DNA from: Actinomycetota bacterium
Lineage (GTDB): Bacteria; Actinomycetota; Actinomycetes; Jiangellales; Jiangellaceae
DNA length: 64,000 nucleotides
Direction: 5' to 3'
Assembly (NCBI GenBank): GCA_046726315.1
Contig: JBKPAG010000017.1
Coordinates: forward strand, 30,890-94,889
Positions 8,473-17,872 of this stretch are shown piece by piece (positions within the stretch are counted from its first letter, which is position 1; every line of letters starts with the position of its first letter). Under the pieces are notes generated by a model, which saw only the letters and a program-made list of their open reading frames with translations, was not told where the DNA came from and made no database searches. The position numbers and the translations under genes were made by a program.

Positions 8473-9975
8473 TCAATTTCCACCCAGCTCGGGTGGCGGC
8501 ACGATCTCCCGTTTGAGGATCTTGCCGGTTGGCCCCAACGGCATCGCGTCGACGAGCCAGATATGCCGGGGATACTTGTAGGCAGCCACCCGCTGTTTGG
8601 TGTACTCGCGCAGCTCGTCAGGCGTCACGCTGGCGTCCGGAAGGAGCTGGACCGCGGCTGCGACCTCCTCCCCGTGGGTGGGATGCGGGACGCCGATGAC
8701 GGCGGCGGCGGCAACCGCAGGGTGCTCGTAGAGCACCTCTTCGACCTCGCGGGGGTAGACGTTGAACCCGCCCCGGATGATCAGGTCCTTCTTCCGGTCG
8801 ACGATGAAGTAGTAGCCGTCCTCATCCCGGCGCGCCATGTCGCCGGTGCGGAACCAGCCGTCGCGCATCGCGTCAGCAGAGGCTTCCGGGCGGTTCCAGT
8901 AGCCCTTCATCACGTTGTGACCCTTGATCGCGATCTCCCCCACCTGACCCTCGGGCACGTCGGCGAAGTCGTCGTCGACCAGCCGGAACGTAACGCCCTC
9001 GATCGGCGTGCCGATCGAGCCGGGCTTGCGTTCGCGGTCGGGGTGGTTGAACGAGGCGACCGGCGAGGTCTCCGACAGGCCGTAGCCCTCGAGGATGATG
9101 CAGCCGAACGCCGCCTCGAAGCCGCGCAGGATCTCCACCGGCATGGCCGCACCTCCCGACACGCACAGCCGCAGCGCGGAGGTGTCGTAGTCAGCGTGCT
9201 GGGGGTGTTGCAGCAATGCGGCGTACATGGTGGGCACACCCTCGAAAATCGTCACCCGATCGCGTTGCAGCGTCTCCAGAGCGGAGGCGGGGTCGAACCT
9301 CGGCAGCAGGGTGACGCATGCCCCCATCTGCACAGATGTGTTCAGAGCACAGGTCTGCCCGAACGAGTGGAACATCGGCAATCCGCCGAAGATCACGTCG
9401 TCCGAGGTGATTGCGAAAAGGCGGGTACAGACCTCGGCGTTCTTCGACATGTTGGCATGCGTCAGCTCGGCTCCCTTCGGCTTCCCGGTGGTGCCGGACG
9501 TGTAGAGGATCACGGCCGTGTCCTGCGGCTCGCGCTCGCTCACCACTGTGTCCGGCATCACGGCAGTGAGGGACTGCTCGAACTCACCCGGGGTGACCAC
9601 GACGCATTCCGCGCTGGCGTCGGCGGCGCCCTTCGCGGCCTCGTCGGCAAACCCTGCGAAGGCGAAGATCCACGGCGCGCCGGAGTCTCCCAGGTAGAAG
9701 GCGACCTCTCGCGACTTCAGCAGCGGGTTCATCGGCACAACCACTCCGCCGGCTCGCAACACCCCGTAATAGATCAGCGGAAACGACGGCACATTCGGCA
9801 GCATGATCCCGACCCGATCGCCCGGCCGCAGTCCCCTGAGTCGTAACATCGCAGCCACCCGGGCACTCGCGTCGTTGAGCTCTGCGAACGACATCTTCGT
9901 GTCGCCCAGTCGCAACGCCGGTCTCCCGTCGTGTGATCGCGCTGCTTCGACCAGCCCGTTCGCCAGATTCGTCAT
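8473..9975 (-). CDS. fadD: AMP-dependent acyl-CoA synthetase (long/medium-chain fatty acid-CoA ligase)
   Basis: AMP-binding motif YTSGTTGKPKGA, GYGLSET, TGDMARRDEDGYYFIVDRKKD, and the C-terminal GKILKR. GGAAGGAG Shine-Dalgarno upstream of ATG 9975. Confidence 0.85.
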   Translation of the reverse strand: MTNLANGLVEAARSHDGRPALRLGDTKMSFAELNDASARVAAMLRLRGLRPGDRVGIMLPNVPSFPLIYYGVLRAGGVVVPMNPLLKSREVAFYLGDSGAPWIFAFAGFADEAAKGAADASAECVVVTPGEFEQSLTAVMPDTVVSEREPQDTAVILYTSGTTGKPKGAELTHANMSKNAEVCTRLFAITSDDVIFGGLPMFHSFGQTCALNTSVQMGACVTLLPRFDPASALETLQRDRVTIFEGVPTMYAALLQHPQHADYDTSALRLCVSGGAAMPVEILRGFEAAFGCIILEGYGLSETSPVASFNHPDRERKPGSIGTPIEGVTFRLVDDDFADVPEGQVGEIAIKGHNVMKGYWNRPEASADAMRDGWFRTGDMARRDEDGYYFIVDRKKDLIIRGGFNVYPREVEEVLYEHPAVAAAAVIGVPHPTHGEEVAAAVQLLPDASVTPDELREYTKQRVAAYKYPRHIWLVDAMPLGPTGKILKREIVPPPELGGN

Positions 9976-10008
9976 CGCGATTGCTCCTTCCCGGGAGGCC
10001 GAATCGGA

Positions 10009-10602
10009 TCAGGCATCTAACAGCCGTTGTATCCTTTGTAGCTGCTCCAGCAGCGACCACGTCACCTGGTCGATGTGCCGGGACCCGTCGACCACGACGA
10101 GTCGCTCCCGCTGTGCGTAATAGTCCAGCATCGGCAAGGTCTTCTCGTCGTACACGTCGAGCCGGTGCGCAATCACGTCAGGAGTGTCTTCCGCACCCCG
10201 ACCTCGTGCCAGCAACCGCCGCACCAGGTCGTCGCGGGGTACGTCGAGATGAGCGGCCACCTGCACCGCCACGCCGAGCTCCCGGGCCACCCGGTACGCC
10301 GCCTCCGCCTGGTCTACGGTGCGCGGGAACCCATCGAGCAAGTAGCCGCCCTGCTCGGAAGCCGCAACAACGGGTTCACGCAGCATGTCGATCACGAGAT
10401 CGTCGGGCACCAGGTCGCCCCGGGCCACGTACGACTGGGCAGCACGCCCGATCGCCGACTCCTCGGAAATGTGCTTGCGGAGGAGGTCGCCGCTGGAGAT
10501 GTGCGTGATCCCGAAGTGCTCTGCCAGCCGAACCGCCTGGGTGCCCTTCCCGGCACCAGGAGCGCCGATGAGCAACAGCCGCACGCTTCCTCCTGTGCCC
10601 AT
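10009..10602 (-). CDS. adk: Adenylate kinase (short-LID type) paralog
   Basis: P-loop LLLIGAPGAGKGTQA, ISSGDLLR, GYLLDGFPRT, RGRGAEDTPDVIAHRLDVY. Closely collinear with mycobacterial Adk. ATG 10602 (MGTGGSVRLLLIG) is chosen over track start 10740, whose extra 46 aa look non-coding. Confidence 0.75.
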   Translation of the reverse strand: MGTGGSVRLLLIGAPGAGKGTQAVRLAEHFGITHISSGDLLRKHISEESAIGRAAQSYVARGDLVPDDLVIDMLREPVVAASEQGGYLLDGFPRTVDQAEAAYRVARELGVAVQVAAHLDVPRDDLVRRLLARGRGAEDTPDVIAHRLDVYDEKTLPMLDYYAQRERLVVVDGSRHIDQVTWSLLEQLQRIQRLLDA

Positions 10603-10646
10603 CCCACCACGAAATCCGGCCGAAAACGGCAGTGTCACTGTACGAC

Positions 10647-10739
10647 TGATCACGGATGTATTTGCGGAAACAGGTGGTTCAGTACGCTGACACCACTCAT
10701 CAGGGACACATTCTGTTCGGCCCATAGTCCCCGTGATCA
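10647..10739. repeat. 9-bp inverted repeat pair TGATCACGG / CCGTGATCA in the divergent adk-like/maoC promoter region
   Basis: Arms at 10647..10655 and 10731..10739. The palindrome CAGTGTCACTG lies at 10630..10640. The region is visibly less GC-rich than its flanks. Confidence 0.3.
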
Positions 10740-10782
10740 TGGATAACTCGGCACGGTCGCTCGGAATCGCGAAGGGGCAGTA

Positions 10783-11241
10783 ATGGCCATCACTGCGCGT
10801 GGACTCGACGGGTTGAAGGCACTGGCCAGGACAGATCTGGGCAGCAGCGGCTGGCTAGAGGTCACCCAGGACCGGGTGAACACGTTCGCCGACGCCACCG
10901 GTGACGACCAGTGGATCCACGTTGACGTCGAGAAGGCCAAGTCCGGTCCGTTCGGCGGGACGATCGCCCATGGCTACCTCACGATGTCGCTGATCGTTCC
11001 ACTGCTCGACGAATTGCTCGACGTTCAGGACGTGAAGATGGGCGTCAACTACGGATTGGAAAAGGTTCGCTTCCCCACCCCCGTTCCAGTGGGCAGCCGG
11101 ATCCGCCTCAGCGCCACGGTCAACTCCGTGGAAGAGGTCGCCGGCAACGGCGTTCAGATGCAGGTCGACTGCACCGTCGAGGTCGATGGCTCCGACAAGC
11201 CGGCCTGTGTTGCGCAGGTCCTCTACCGCCACTACGGATGA
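10783..11241 (+). CDS. MaoC-like hot-dog fold (R)-specific enoyl-CoA hydratase
   Basis: 152 aa. FADATGDDQWIHVDVEKAKSGPFGGTIAHGYLTMSL is the MaoC dehydratase signature. Confidence 0.8.
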   Translation: MAITARGLDGLKALARTDLGSSGWLEVTQDRVNTFADATGDDQWIHVDVEKAKSGPFGGTIAHGYLTMSLIVPLLDELLDVQDVKMGVNYGLEKVRFPTPVPVGSRIRLSATVNSVEEVAGNGVQMQVDCTVEVDGSDKPACVAQVLYRHYG

Positions 11242-11309
11242 AGCCGTAGCGTCGGCAGCGCGGGAGCGTGGCGTGGCCGCTGCCGCAGTCCGTCAGCGGC
11301 ACTGGGACA

Positions 11310-12638
11310 ATGGCGCGCGTGACGTACCCGGCCGATGCGCCCCAGAGCGCGGCGCTCTTCGGACGGGCGCAGGCGGTGACACCGGGCGGGGTGAACTCGC
11401 CGGTCCGGGCGTTCCAGGCGGTGGGTGGGACACCACGCTTCGTCGTTCGAGGGAACGGCCCGTTCGTCCACGACGCGGATGGGCGTGAGTACGTCGACCT
11501 GGTCTGCTCATGGGGGCCGCTGCTCCTCGGGCACGCGCATCCGGCGGTGATCGAGGCAGTCGCCCGTCAGATCGCGCTGGGAACGTCGTACGGGACGCCG
11601 ACCGAACCGGAGGTCGAGCTGGCCGAGGAGATCGTCGAGCGGATGCCGGTCGACAAAGTCCGGTTCGTCTCCAGTGGCACCGAGGCGACGATGAGCGCTA
11701 TCCGGTTGGCCCGCGCTGCCACGAGTCGGACGAAGATCGTGAAGTTCGCGGGTCATTACCATGGCCATGTCGACGCATTGTTGGCCAGCGCCGGCAGCGG
11801 CGTCGCGACATTCGCGCATCCGGCATCTCCCGGCGTGACCGCGGCGAGTGCGTCCGACACCATCGTGCTTCGGTACAACGACGCCACGGTGCTGAAAGCA
11901 GCCTTCGCCGAGCATGGTCACGAAATCGCATGCGTCATCGCCGAGCCGGCGGCCGGGAACATGGGTGTTGTCCCGCCCGTCGACGGCTTCAACGCGTTTC
12001 TTCGCGACACTGTTCATGCGGCCGGCGGCTTGCTCATTCTCGACGAGGTGATGACCGGGTTCCGGGTCAGCCGCTCCGGCTGGTACGGGTTGGATCGCAT
12101 TGCGGCCGACCTGATCACATTCGGCAAGGTGATGGGTGGCGGCTTCCCAGCAGCGGCATTCGGCGGCCGCTCGGAGCTCATGGAGCTGCTCGCTCCGGCC
12201 GGCCCGGTTTATCAAGCGGGCACGCTGTCCGGAAACCCGGTCGCGACGACGGCCGGGCTCGCCACTCTCCGGCAGGCCGACGACGCCGTCTACGCCCGAG
12301 TAGACCTGGCGGCTCGGACCGTCGGCGAGCTGGTCACCAAGGCGCTGACTGCGGAGGGCGTCGAGCACCGTGTCCAATTCGCCGGCAACCTGTTCAGCGT
12401 GTTTTTCGTCGAACCAGACCAGCCGGTCGAGGACTTCGACGGGGCGCGGCGCACCGACACCGGACGCTTCGCGGCGTTCTTCCATGCGATGCTCGAGCGC
12501 GGCGTCTACCTCCCGCCGTCGGCGTTCGAGGCCTGGTTCGTGTCGGCGGCGCATGACGACGCCGCGCTCGACCGCGTGGCGGAGGCGGCGCCGTGGGCTG
12601 CCCGGGCGGCGGCACGGGCCCGGACGGTGCCGGCTTGA
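11310..12638 (+). CDS. hemL: Glutamate-1-semialdehyde 2,1-aminomutase
   Basis: [44 protein letters not shown] (PLP lysine). The start is taken at ATG 11310 (MARVTYPAD). Confidence 0.9.
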   Translation: MARVTYPADAPQSAALFGRAQAVTPGGVNSPVRAFQAVGGTPRFVVRGNGPFVHDADGREYVDLVCSWGPLLLGHAHPAVIEAVARQIALGTSYGTPTEPEVELAEEIVERMPVDKVRFVSSGTEATMSAIRLARAATSRTKIVKFAGHYHGHVDALLASAGSGVATFAHPASPGVTAASASDTIVLRYNDATVLKAAFAEHGHEIACVIAEPAAGNMGVVPPVDGFNAFLRDTVHAAGGLLILDEVMTGFRVSRSGWYGLDRIAADLITFGKVMGGGFPAAAFGGRSELMELLAPAGPVYQAGTLSGNPVATTAGLATLRQADDAVYARVDLAARTVGELVTKALTAEGVEHRVQFAGNLFSVFFVEPDQPVEDFDGARRTDTGRFAAFFHAMLERGVYLPPSAFEAWFVSAAHDDAALDRVAEAAPWAARAAARARTVPA

Positions 12639-13282
12639 CGACGACCACGCGGGTACATCTGCTCCGGCACGCCGAGGTGCACAATCCAGACGGCGTCCTC
12701 TATGGGCGGCAACCCGGCTACCACCTGTCGGAGCGGGGCCTAGCCATGGCGAACAGGATCGCTGAGACCGTCGCGGATCGCGACATCGTGTGGCTGGTCT
12801 CCTCGCCGTTGGAACGCGCACAGGAGACGGCGGCGCCGATAGCGGCGAAGCTCGGGCTCGATGTCATGATCGACGACCGGCTGACCGAGGCGGCGAACGT
12901 GTTCCAGGGTTTGCGGTTGGGCGCCGGTGGGTGGTCATTGCTGCGTCCCAGGTACCTAAGACATCTTCTCAACCCGTTCCGACCGTCGTGGGGCGAGCCT
13001 TACGTCGAGCTGGTGGCTCGCATGCGTCGAGCCATGGCCGATGCCAGGACGGCTGCAGAAGGCCATGAGGCTCTGCTGGTCTCGCACCAGCTCCCGATCT
13101 GGATCTTCCGCTCCGCTGTCGAAGGCCGTCGGCTGTGGCACGACCCACGCAAACGGGTGTGTTCGCTGGCCAGCCTGACGACATTCGCGTACGAGGACGA
13201 TCCGATCGTCTCGGTGGCGTACAGCGAGCCGGCCGCGGACCTACTGCCCACGTCGGGCAGGCACATGGACGCCGGAGCCTGA
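12635..13282 (+). CDS. Histidine phosphatase (phosphoglycerate mutase) family protein
   Basis: [10 protein letters not shown] (RHG-type motif) and [15 protein letters not shown] at 12635 overlaps the hemL stop (TTGA). It occupies the position after hemL seen in mycobacteria. Confidence 0.7.
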   Translation: MTTTTRVHLLRHAEVHNPDGVLYGRQPGYHLSERGLAMANRIAETVADRDIVWLVSSPLERAQETAAPIAAKLGLDVMIDDRLTEAANVFQGLRLGAGGWSLLRPRYLRHLLNPFRPSWGEPYVELVARMRRAMADARTAAEGHEALLVSHQLPIWIFRSAVEGRRLWHDPRKRVCSLASLTTFAYEDDPIVSVAYSEPAADLLPTSGRHMDAGA

Positions 13283-13286
13283 GTTG

Positions 13287-13886
13287 ATGCGGGTCGTGCG
13301 CGTGCTCGCCGTTATCGCTGCCGGCATCTGTGTGGCAGCGGGTTGCTCGGACGGTCAGGTCGAGCGCAGCGACTCGGCCGGTCAGACCCGTTATGTCGAG
13401 GGCAGCGGGGTCGTCACGATCGTGCCGCCCGACGATCGTCAGCCCGCGCCGGAGTTCTCCGGACCGCTCCTCGACGGCACCGGTGAGTTCGCCCTCGCTC
13501 AGGCGCACGGCGACGTCGTCGTCCTCAACGTTTGGGCGTCATGGTGTCCACCGTGTCGGAAGGAAGCCCCGGCCCTGCAGGCGGTGTCCACCGAGCTTGC
13601 AGCGCAGGGCGTGCAGTTCGTCGGCGTCAACGTCCGCGACAATGCCACTGATGCGCGGGCCTTCGAGCAGGAGTTCGGTCTGACCTATCCGAGTGTCGTG
13701 GACACGAACAGCGCGCTGTTGTTGGCGTTCCGGGACACGCTGCCGCCGAGCGCGATCCCGAGCACCCTGGTCATCGATCGGAAGGGCCGGCTGGCCGCCC
13801 GGGTGCTCGACGAAGTCACCGAGACCTCGCTACGCGATCTCGTTGCCGACATCGCCGCCGAGGATGTAGCCCAGACCGATGGGTGA
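13287..13886 (+). CDS. resA: TlpA/ResA-like thiol-disulfide oxidoreductase lipoprotein
   Basis: Signal peptide plus lipobox VAAGC. Thioredoxin motif WASWCPPCRKE. Confidence 0.8.
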   Translation: MRVVRVLAVIAAGICVAAGCSDGQVERSDSAGQTRYVEGSGVVTIVPPDDRQPAPEFSGPLLDGTGEFALAQAHGDVVVLNVWASWCPPCRKEAPALQAVSTELAAQGVQFVGVNVRDNATDARAFEQEFGLTYPSVVDTNSALLLAFRDTLPPSAIPSTLVIDRKGRLAARVLDEVTETSLRDLVADIAAEDVAQTDG

Positions 13887-14625
13887 GACGTTCGCCGATA
13901 CGGTCCTTTCCGGATCGTTGCTTGTCGCGGTTCCGGTGGCCGCACTTGCCGGACTGGTCTCCTTCTTGTCCCCGTGCATTCTGCCGTTGGTGCCCGGCTA
14001 TCTGTCGTACGTGACCGGCCTGTCCGGAATCGAGCTGACCGAGGGCCGGCGCAGCCGAGTTGTACTCGGCGCCCTGTTGTTCGTCCTCGGCTTCTCCGTC
14101 GTGTTCGTCTCTTATGGTGCCCTGTTCGGTGGGCTCGGCTCGGTGCTGCGAGAGTACGCAGATCCGATCACGCAGGTGATGGGAGTCGTCCTGATCGTCC
14201 TCGGACTCGTGTTCGCGGGGTGGTTGCCGGGCGCCGCTCGAGAGTGGCGCTGGCATGTCTCGCCGGCCGTGGGCGTGGCCGGCGCTCCAATCGTCGGCGC
14301 GCTGTTCGGCATCGGTTGGACGGCCTGCACAGGCCCCACGCTGGCAGCGGTCCAGGCATTGGCGTTCGACGACGGCAGCGCTGCTCGGGGCGCATTGCTA
14401 TCGCTGTCGTACTGCCTTGGCCTTGGGCTGCCCTTCGTCGCCGCCGCCCTGGCTTACCGCAAGGCGCTCGGCGCGTTCGGCTGGGTCCGAAAGCATCAGG
14501 TGTGGGTGCTCCGCCTCGGCGGCGCCATGCTGATCGGGCTCGGCCTGCTACTGGCCAGCGGTGTTTGGACCCAGATCGTGTCTTCGCTGCAAGGGTGGAT
14601 CGGCGGGTTCGAGGTGGCCGTGTGA
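13879..14625 (+). CDS. ccdA: Cytochrome c biogenesis thiol-reductant transporter CcdA
   Basis: FLSPCILPLVPGYLSYV and WTACTGPTL motifs with multiple TM helices. Overlaps the resA end by 8 nt. Confidence 0.85.
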   Translation: MGETFADTVLSGSLLVAVPVAALAGLVSFLSPCILPLVPGYLSYVTGLSGIELTEGRRSRVVLGALLFVLGFSVVFVSYGALFGGLGSVLREYADPITQVMGVVLIVLGLVFAGWLPGAAREWRWHVSPAVGVAGAPIVGALFGIGWTACTGPTLAAVQALAFDDGSAARGALLSLSYCLGLGLPFVAAALAYRKALGAFGWVRKHQVWVLRLGGAMLIGLGLLLASGVWTQIVSSLQGWIGGFEVAV

Positions 14626-16376
14626 CGGTTCGCGAGGCATCGACTACCGAGGCGACGGAGCCGGGCCGGCCGCCAGCGCTCTCACCCAGCGAGCTCGCCG
14701 CGTGGGCCTGGCGGCAGCTCACCTCCATGCGCGTGGCGCTGATCCTGTTGTTCCTGCTCGCCGTCGCAGCCATCCCGGGTTCTGTGGTACCGCAGCGTGA
14801 GATCAACCCGCTTGCCGTCGCGGATTTCCGCGATCGCAACCCGGCGCTGGCGCAGTGGTACGACCGGCTGGGCCTGTTCGACGTGTTCTCAGCGCCGTGG
14901 TTCGCAGCCATCTATCTGGCGCTGATCGTGTCGCTGGTCGGCTGCATCGTGCCCCGGTCTTTCCAGCACTGGCGGGACACCCGCGCCGACCCGCCACCCG
15001 CGCCCCGTCGGCTGTCCCGGATGCCCGCCTACCGCCGCTTCGAGACCGGCGCCCCCCCGGCCGACGTGCTTGCCGCCGCCCGAGACGTACTCAAATCCCG
15101 CCGGTTTCGGCTGGGGGTCGGGGTCCGGCCGGATGCTCCGCGGTCGCAGAGCGGTCGGGGGGCGGTCGGAGGCGGCAGCGGGCGTCTAAAGAGCGATTCG
15201 TGGCATGCTCTTCGGCCACGAATCGCGGAGCCCGCAGAGCCCTCGAGCGTCCCCCGACCCCCATCCGTCGAAGCGGCGACGACCGACTCCGTCGCCGCAG
15301 AAGCCGGCCAGCTGCGCGAGGCCGGCAACCTCGTCTTCCACCTCGCGGTGGTCGTCGTGCTGATGGCGGTCGCCGTCGGCAGCCTCTTCGGCTACCGGGC
15401 AACCGTGATCGTGCCGGAGGGATCGAGCTTCGCGAACTCCGTCATCCAATACGACGGCCTGTCCAGCGGTGCGCTGTTCGACGCCAGCGACCTGCCGCCG
15501 TTTTCGCTGGAACTGGACGGGTTCGACATGCAGTTCGTCGAGGCCGGATCGCAGCTCGGCGCACCCGACGATTTCGAGGCGACGGTGCGATTCACGCCCG
15601 AGCCCGGTGCTGAGGAGGAAACCCGAACCATCCGCGTCAACGAGCCGCTCGAGGTAGGCGGCACGCTGATCCACATTCTCAACCCTGGCTATGCCCCCCT
15701 GATCACCGTTCGGGACGCGAAGGGCACAGTTCTCGCCGAAGGGCCGGTGCCGTTCCTGCCACAGGACGACTCCTTTACTTCTACCGGCGTACGGAAGGTG
15801 CCGGTGGGACCAGGCGTTGCGCTCGGCGAGGACATCGGTATCCAGGGCCTCTTCCTCCCGACGGCCTTGTTGGACGACAAGGGCCCGCGCTCGATCTTTC
15901 CCGAGCCACGCAACCCGGCGCTGTTCTTCACCGCGTTTCATGGTGACCTGGGTCTCGATGACGGCCGGCCCCAATCGGTCTATCGGCTCGACCCGGATGG
16001 CATGGAGCAGTTCCGGGCCGAGGATGGCGACGTGTTCCGTGCCGCCCTCACTGTCGGAGAGACCGCCACCCTGCCGGACGGATACGGCAGCGTCACCTTC
16101 GACGGATACGTCAGCTGGGTCAACTTCCAGGTGTCTCGCAATGCCGGCAAGGAGTTCGTCCTGGCAGGCGCCATGCTGGCACTCGCCGGCTTGCTGTTGT
16201 CGCTGTATGTGCGACGGCGGCGGGTGTGGGTGCGGGTAACCGAAGTGGACGGCGGCGGTACCGTGGTCGAGGTCGCGGGGCTGCAGCGGTCCGACAGCGG
16301 CGATCTCGACGCCGAGGTCGGTGCCGTCACCGACGAGCTCGAGCTGCGGGTTCGCTCGGCCAGACCGGAGGGGTGA
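14622..16376 (+). CDS. resB: Cytochrome c biogenesis protein ResB (Ccs1)
   Basis: GTG 14622 overlaps the ccdA stop (GTGA). WRQLTSMRVALILLFLLAVAAIPGSVVPQR is the typical ResB N-terminus. The track ORF from 13974 is an upstream read-through artefact. Confidence 0.8.
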   Translation: MTVREASTTEATEPGRPPALSPSELAAWAWRQLTSMRVALILLFLLAVAAIPGSVVPQREINPLAVADFRDRNPALAQWYDRLGLFDVFSAPWFAAIYLALIVSLVGCIVPRSFQHWRDTRADPPPAPRRLSRMPAYRRFETGAPPADVLAAARDVLKSRRFRLGVGVRPDAPRSQSGRGAVGGGSGRLKSDSWHALRPRIAEPAEPSSVPRPPSVEAATTDSVAAEAGQLREAGNLVFHLAVVVVLMAVAVGSLFGYRATVIVPEGSSFANSVIQYDGLSSGALFDASDLPPFSLELDGFDMQFVEAGSQLGAPDDFEATVRFTPEPGAEEETRTIRVNEPLEVGGTLIHILNPGYAPLITVRDAKGTVLAEGPVPFLPQDDSFTSTGVRKVPVGPGVALGEDIGIQGLFLPTALLDDKGPRSIFPEPRNPALFFTAFHGDLGLDDGRPQSVYRLDPDGMEQFRAEDGDVFRAALTVGETATLPDGYGSVTFDGYVSWVNFQVSRNAGKEFVLAGAMLALAGLLLSLYVRRRRVWVRVTEVDGGGTVVEVAGLQRSDSGDLDAEVGAVTDELELRVRSARPEG

Positions 16377-16377
16377 C

Positions 16378-17346
16378 ATGGACGCGGCAGTGCTCGCCGA
16401 GTGGAGCCGGTTTCTCGTCGGCGGCGCCATCGCGGCGTTGATCGTCGCCTGGCTGGCCTACTGCGCCGACGCTGCGCAACGGGTTCGCGCACGGCGCGCG
16501 GCCACGCAGCGGATCCGAGAACATGTCGCTATCGGGCCGGCCGACACCGGCATCGACACTGTGCTCGAGGGTCCGGACCGAACTGACCCTGACCGCTCCG
16601 GCACCCAGATGGCTGCGATCGGACACTCGGTCAGCGTGCTCGCGACGCTGTTGTTGGGTGCGGGTGTGGTCCTGCGCGCGCTCAGCGTCTCCCGGCCTCC
16701 GTGGGGCAACATGTACGAGTTCTCCATCACGGCGTCGCTGGTCGCGTCGATCGCCTTTCTGACGATGGCGAAGACCCGGGTGGGTCGCTCGGTCGCGATA
16801 TGGGTCCTGCTCGTGGTTTTCGTGACGTTGGGCCTGGCCATCACGGTCCTATACCTCCCGCCTGGACCGCTCGTACCGGCGCTGCGTTCGTACTGGCTTG
16901 CGATTCACGTCGGTGCGGCAGTGCTTGCCTTTGGCCTGTTCACTGTGTCGGCGGTCGTCAGTGGTCTGCAGATCGTCGCCGAACGCGGTGAGAAGCGGCC
17001 TTCTGCCGGTGCGTTCGCGGCGTCTCTGCCGTCGTCGGTAACACTCGACCGGCTGGCCTACCGGTTGATCGCCATCGCGTTTCCGATCTGGACAGTCGGA
17101 CCGCTGATCCTGGGCGCGATCTGGGCCGAGGCATCGTGGGGCCGCTATTGGGGATGGGATCCCAAAGAGGTGTGGGCGCTGGTCACCTGGCTGGCATACG
17201 CCGCATTCCTGCACGCGCGAGCCACCGCCGGCTGGAAGGGGGCGAAGGCATCAGCCCTGTCGTTGGTCGCGTACGGAACCGTTCTGTTCAGTTACTTCGG
17301 TGTGAACATCGTGTTCACCGGGCTGCACAGCTACGGCGGCCTCTGA
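16378..17346 (+). CDS. ccsB: Cytochrome c-type biogenesis protein CcsB/ResC (haem handling)
   Basis: ATG sits 1 nt after the resB stop. W-rich motif WGRYWGWDPKEVWALVTWL. Confidence 0.85.
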   Translation: MDAAVLAEWSRFLVGGAIAALIVAWLAYCADAAQRVRARRAATQRIREHVAIGPADTGIDTVLEGPDRTDPDRSGTQMAAIGHSVSVLATLLLGAGVVLRALSVSRPPWGNMYEFSITASLVASIAFLTMAKTRVGRSVAIWVLLVVFVTLGLAITVLYLPPGPLVPALRSYWLAIHVGAAVLAFGLFTVSAVVSGLQIVAERGEKRPSAGAFAASLPSSVTLDRLAYRLIAIAFPIWTVGPLILGAIWAEASWGRYWGWDPKEVWALVTWLAYAAFLHARATAGWKGAKASALSLVAYGTVLFSYFGVNIVFTGLHSYGGL

Positions 17347-17369
17347 CCGATCATCCGGCGGGCTCGGAA

Positions 17370-17837
17370 TCATCGCGAGTCATCGTCCCCTTCGCCGTTC
17401 TGTCGCATGTCCTCCTCGCGCCGGCGAAGGTCCTCTTCCCACTGTTCGAGCATCTTCTGGTGGCGCTCATCGACGTCGCGAATCTCGCGCAAGAAGTCGG
17501 GGTTGTCGTCGGGTGCGACCACCCGGGGAACCTGCCGTGGGCGCTGCGGGCGTCGGTTCAGCCGGCTAGCGACGATCCAGACGACGGGACCGATGACTGG
17601 CAGCAGGATGATCAGTGCCAGCCAGATCGGCCGGCGGGGTCCCGGTAGCTCCGCCGGGTCGGTCTGCAGGCAGTCGATCAACGCATAGACGGCGAGGGCG
17701 ACGGCGACCAGGATGGGCAGGGCTCTCGTCAACGCGACCCGCCTCGGATCGTTGGCGCGAACATGCAAGAAGGGTATGCGACGCAACGGCTGACGTGTGC
17801 GCGTGTCAGCGTCCAACCACGACACGAACGGATCCAC
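17370..17837 (-). CDS. PLD nuclease N-terminal domain (PLDc_N) small membrane protein with a charged C-terminal tail
   Basis: YALIDCLQTDPAELPGPRRPIWLALIILLPVIGPVVWIVASR is the PLDc_N signature. The start is uncertain: ATG 17837, or an in-frame TTG at 17732. Confidence 0.6.
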   Translation of the reverse strand: MDPFVSWLDADTRTRQPLRRIPFLHVRANDPRRVALTRALPILVAVALAVYALIDCLQTDPAELPGPRRPIWLALIILLPVIGPVVWIVASRLNRRPQRPRQVPRVVAPDDNPDFLREIRDVDERHQKMLEQWEEDLRRREEDMRQNGEGDDDSR

Positions 17838-17872
17838 CCGCGTGCGCGGCCGGAACAGGCATAGTGCGTGGC

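Noticed and set aside
11253-11285. Stem-loop CGGCAGCG...CGCTGCCG between maoC and hemL as a terminator or riboswitch.
   Set aside because: The stem is only 8 bp, the loop is 17 nt and there is no U-tract. The spacer is too short (68 bp) for a known riboswitch class. It is not distinguishable from chance GC-rich pairing.
15100-15300. Low-complexity Gly/Ser/Pro/Arg-rich insertion in ResB (GVGVRPDAPRSQSGRGAVGGGSGRLKSDSWHALRPRIAEPAEPSSVPRPPSVEAATTDS).
   Set aside because: It is in frame and flanked by normal ResB sequence. Variable linker regions at this position are common in actinobacterial ResB, and there is no sign of an inserted element or a frameshift.
13974-16376. ORF-track N-terminal extensions that create large overlaps with upstream genes. 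Cases: resB from 13974, nuoB2 from 55875, nuoG from 41279, nuoH from 44821, nuoF from 40947, ligase to 25923, menB to 27048 and adk to 10740.
   Set aside because: The track reports the longest ATG/GTG/TTG ORF. Conserved N-termini, 4-nt stop/start overlaps and Shine-Dalgarno motifs place the real starts downstream, and the extra residues look non-coding.
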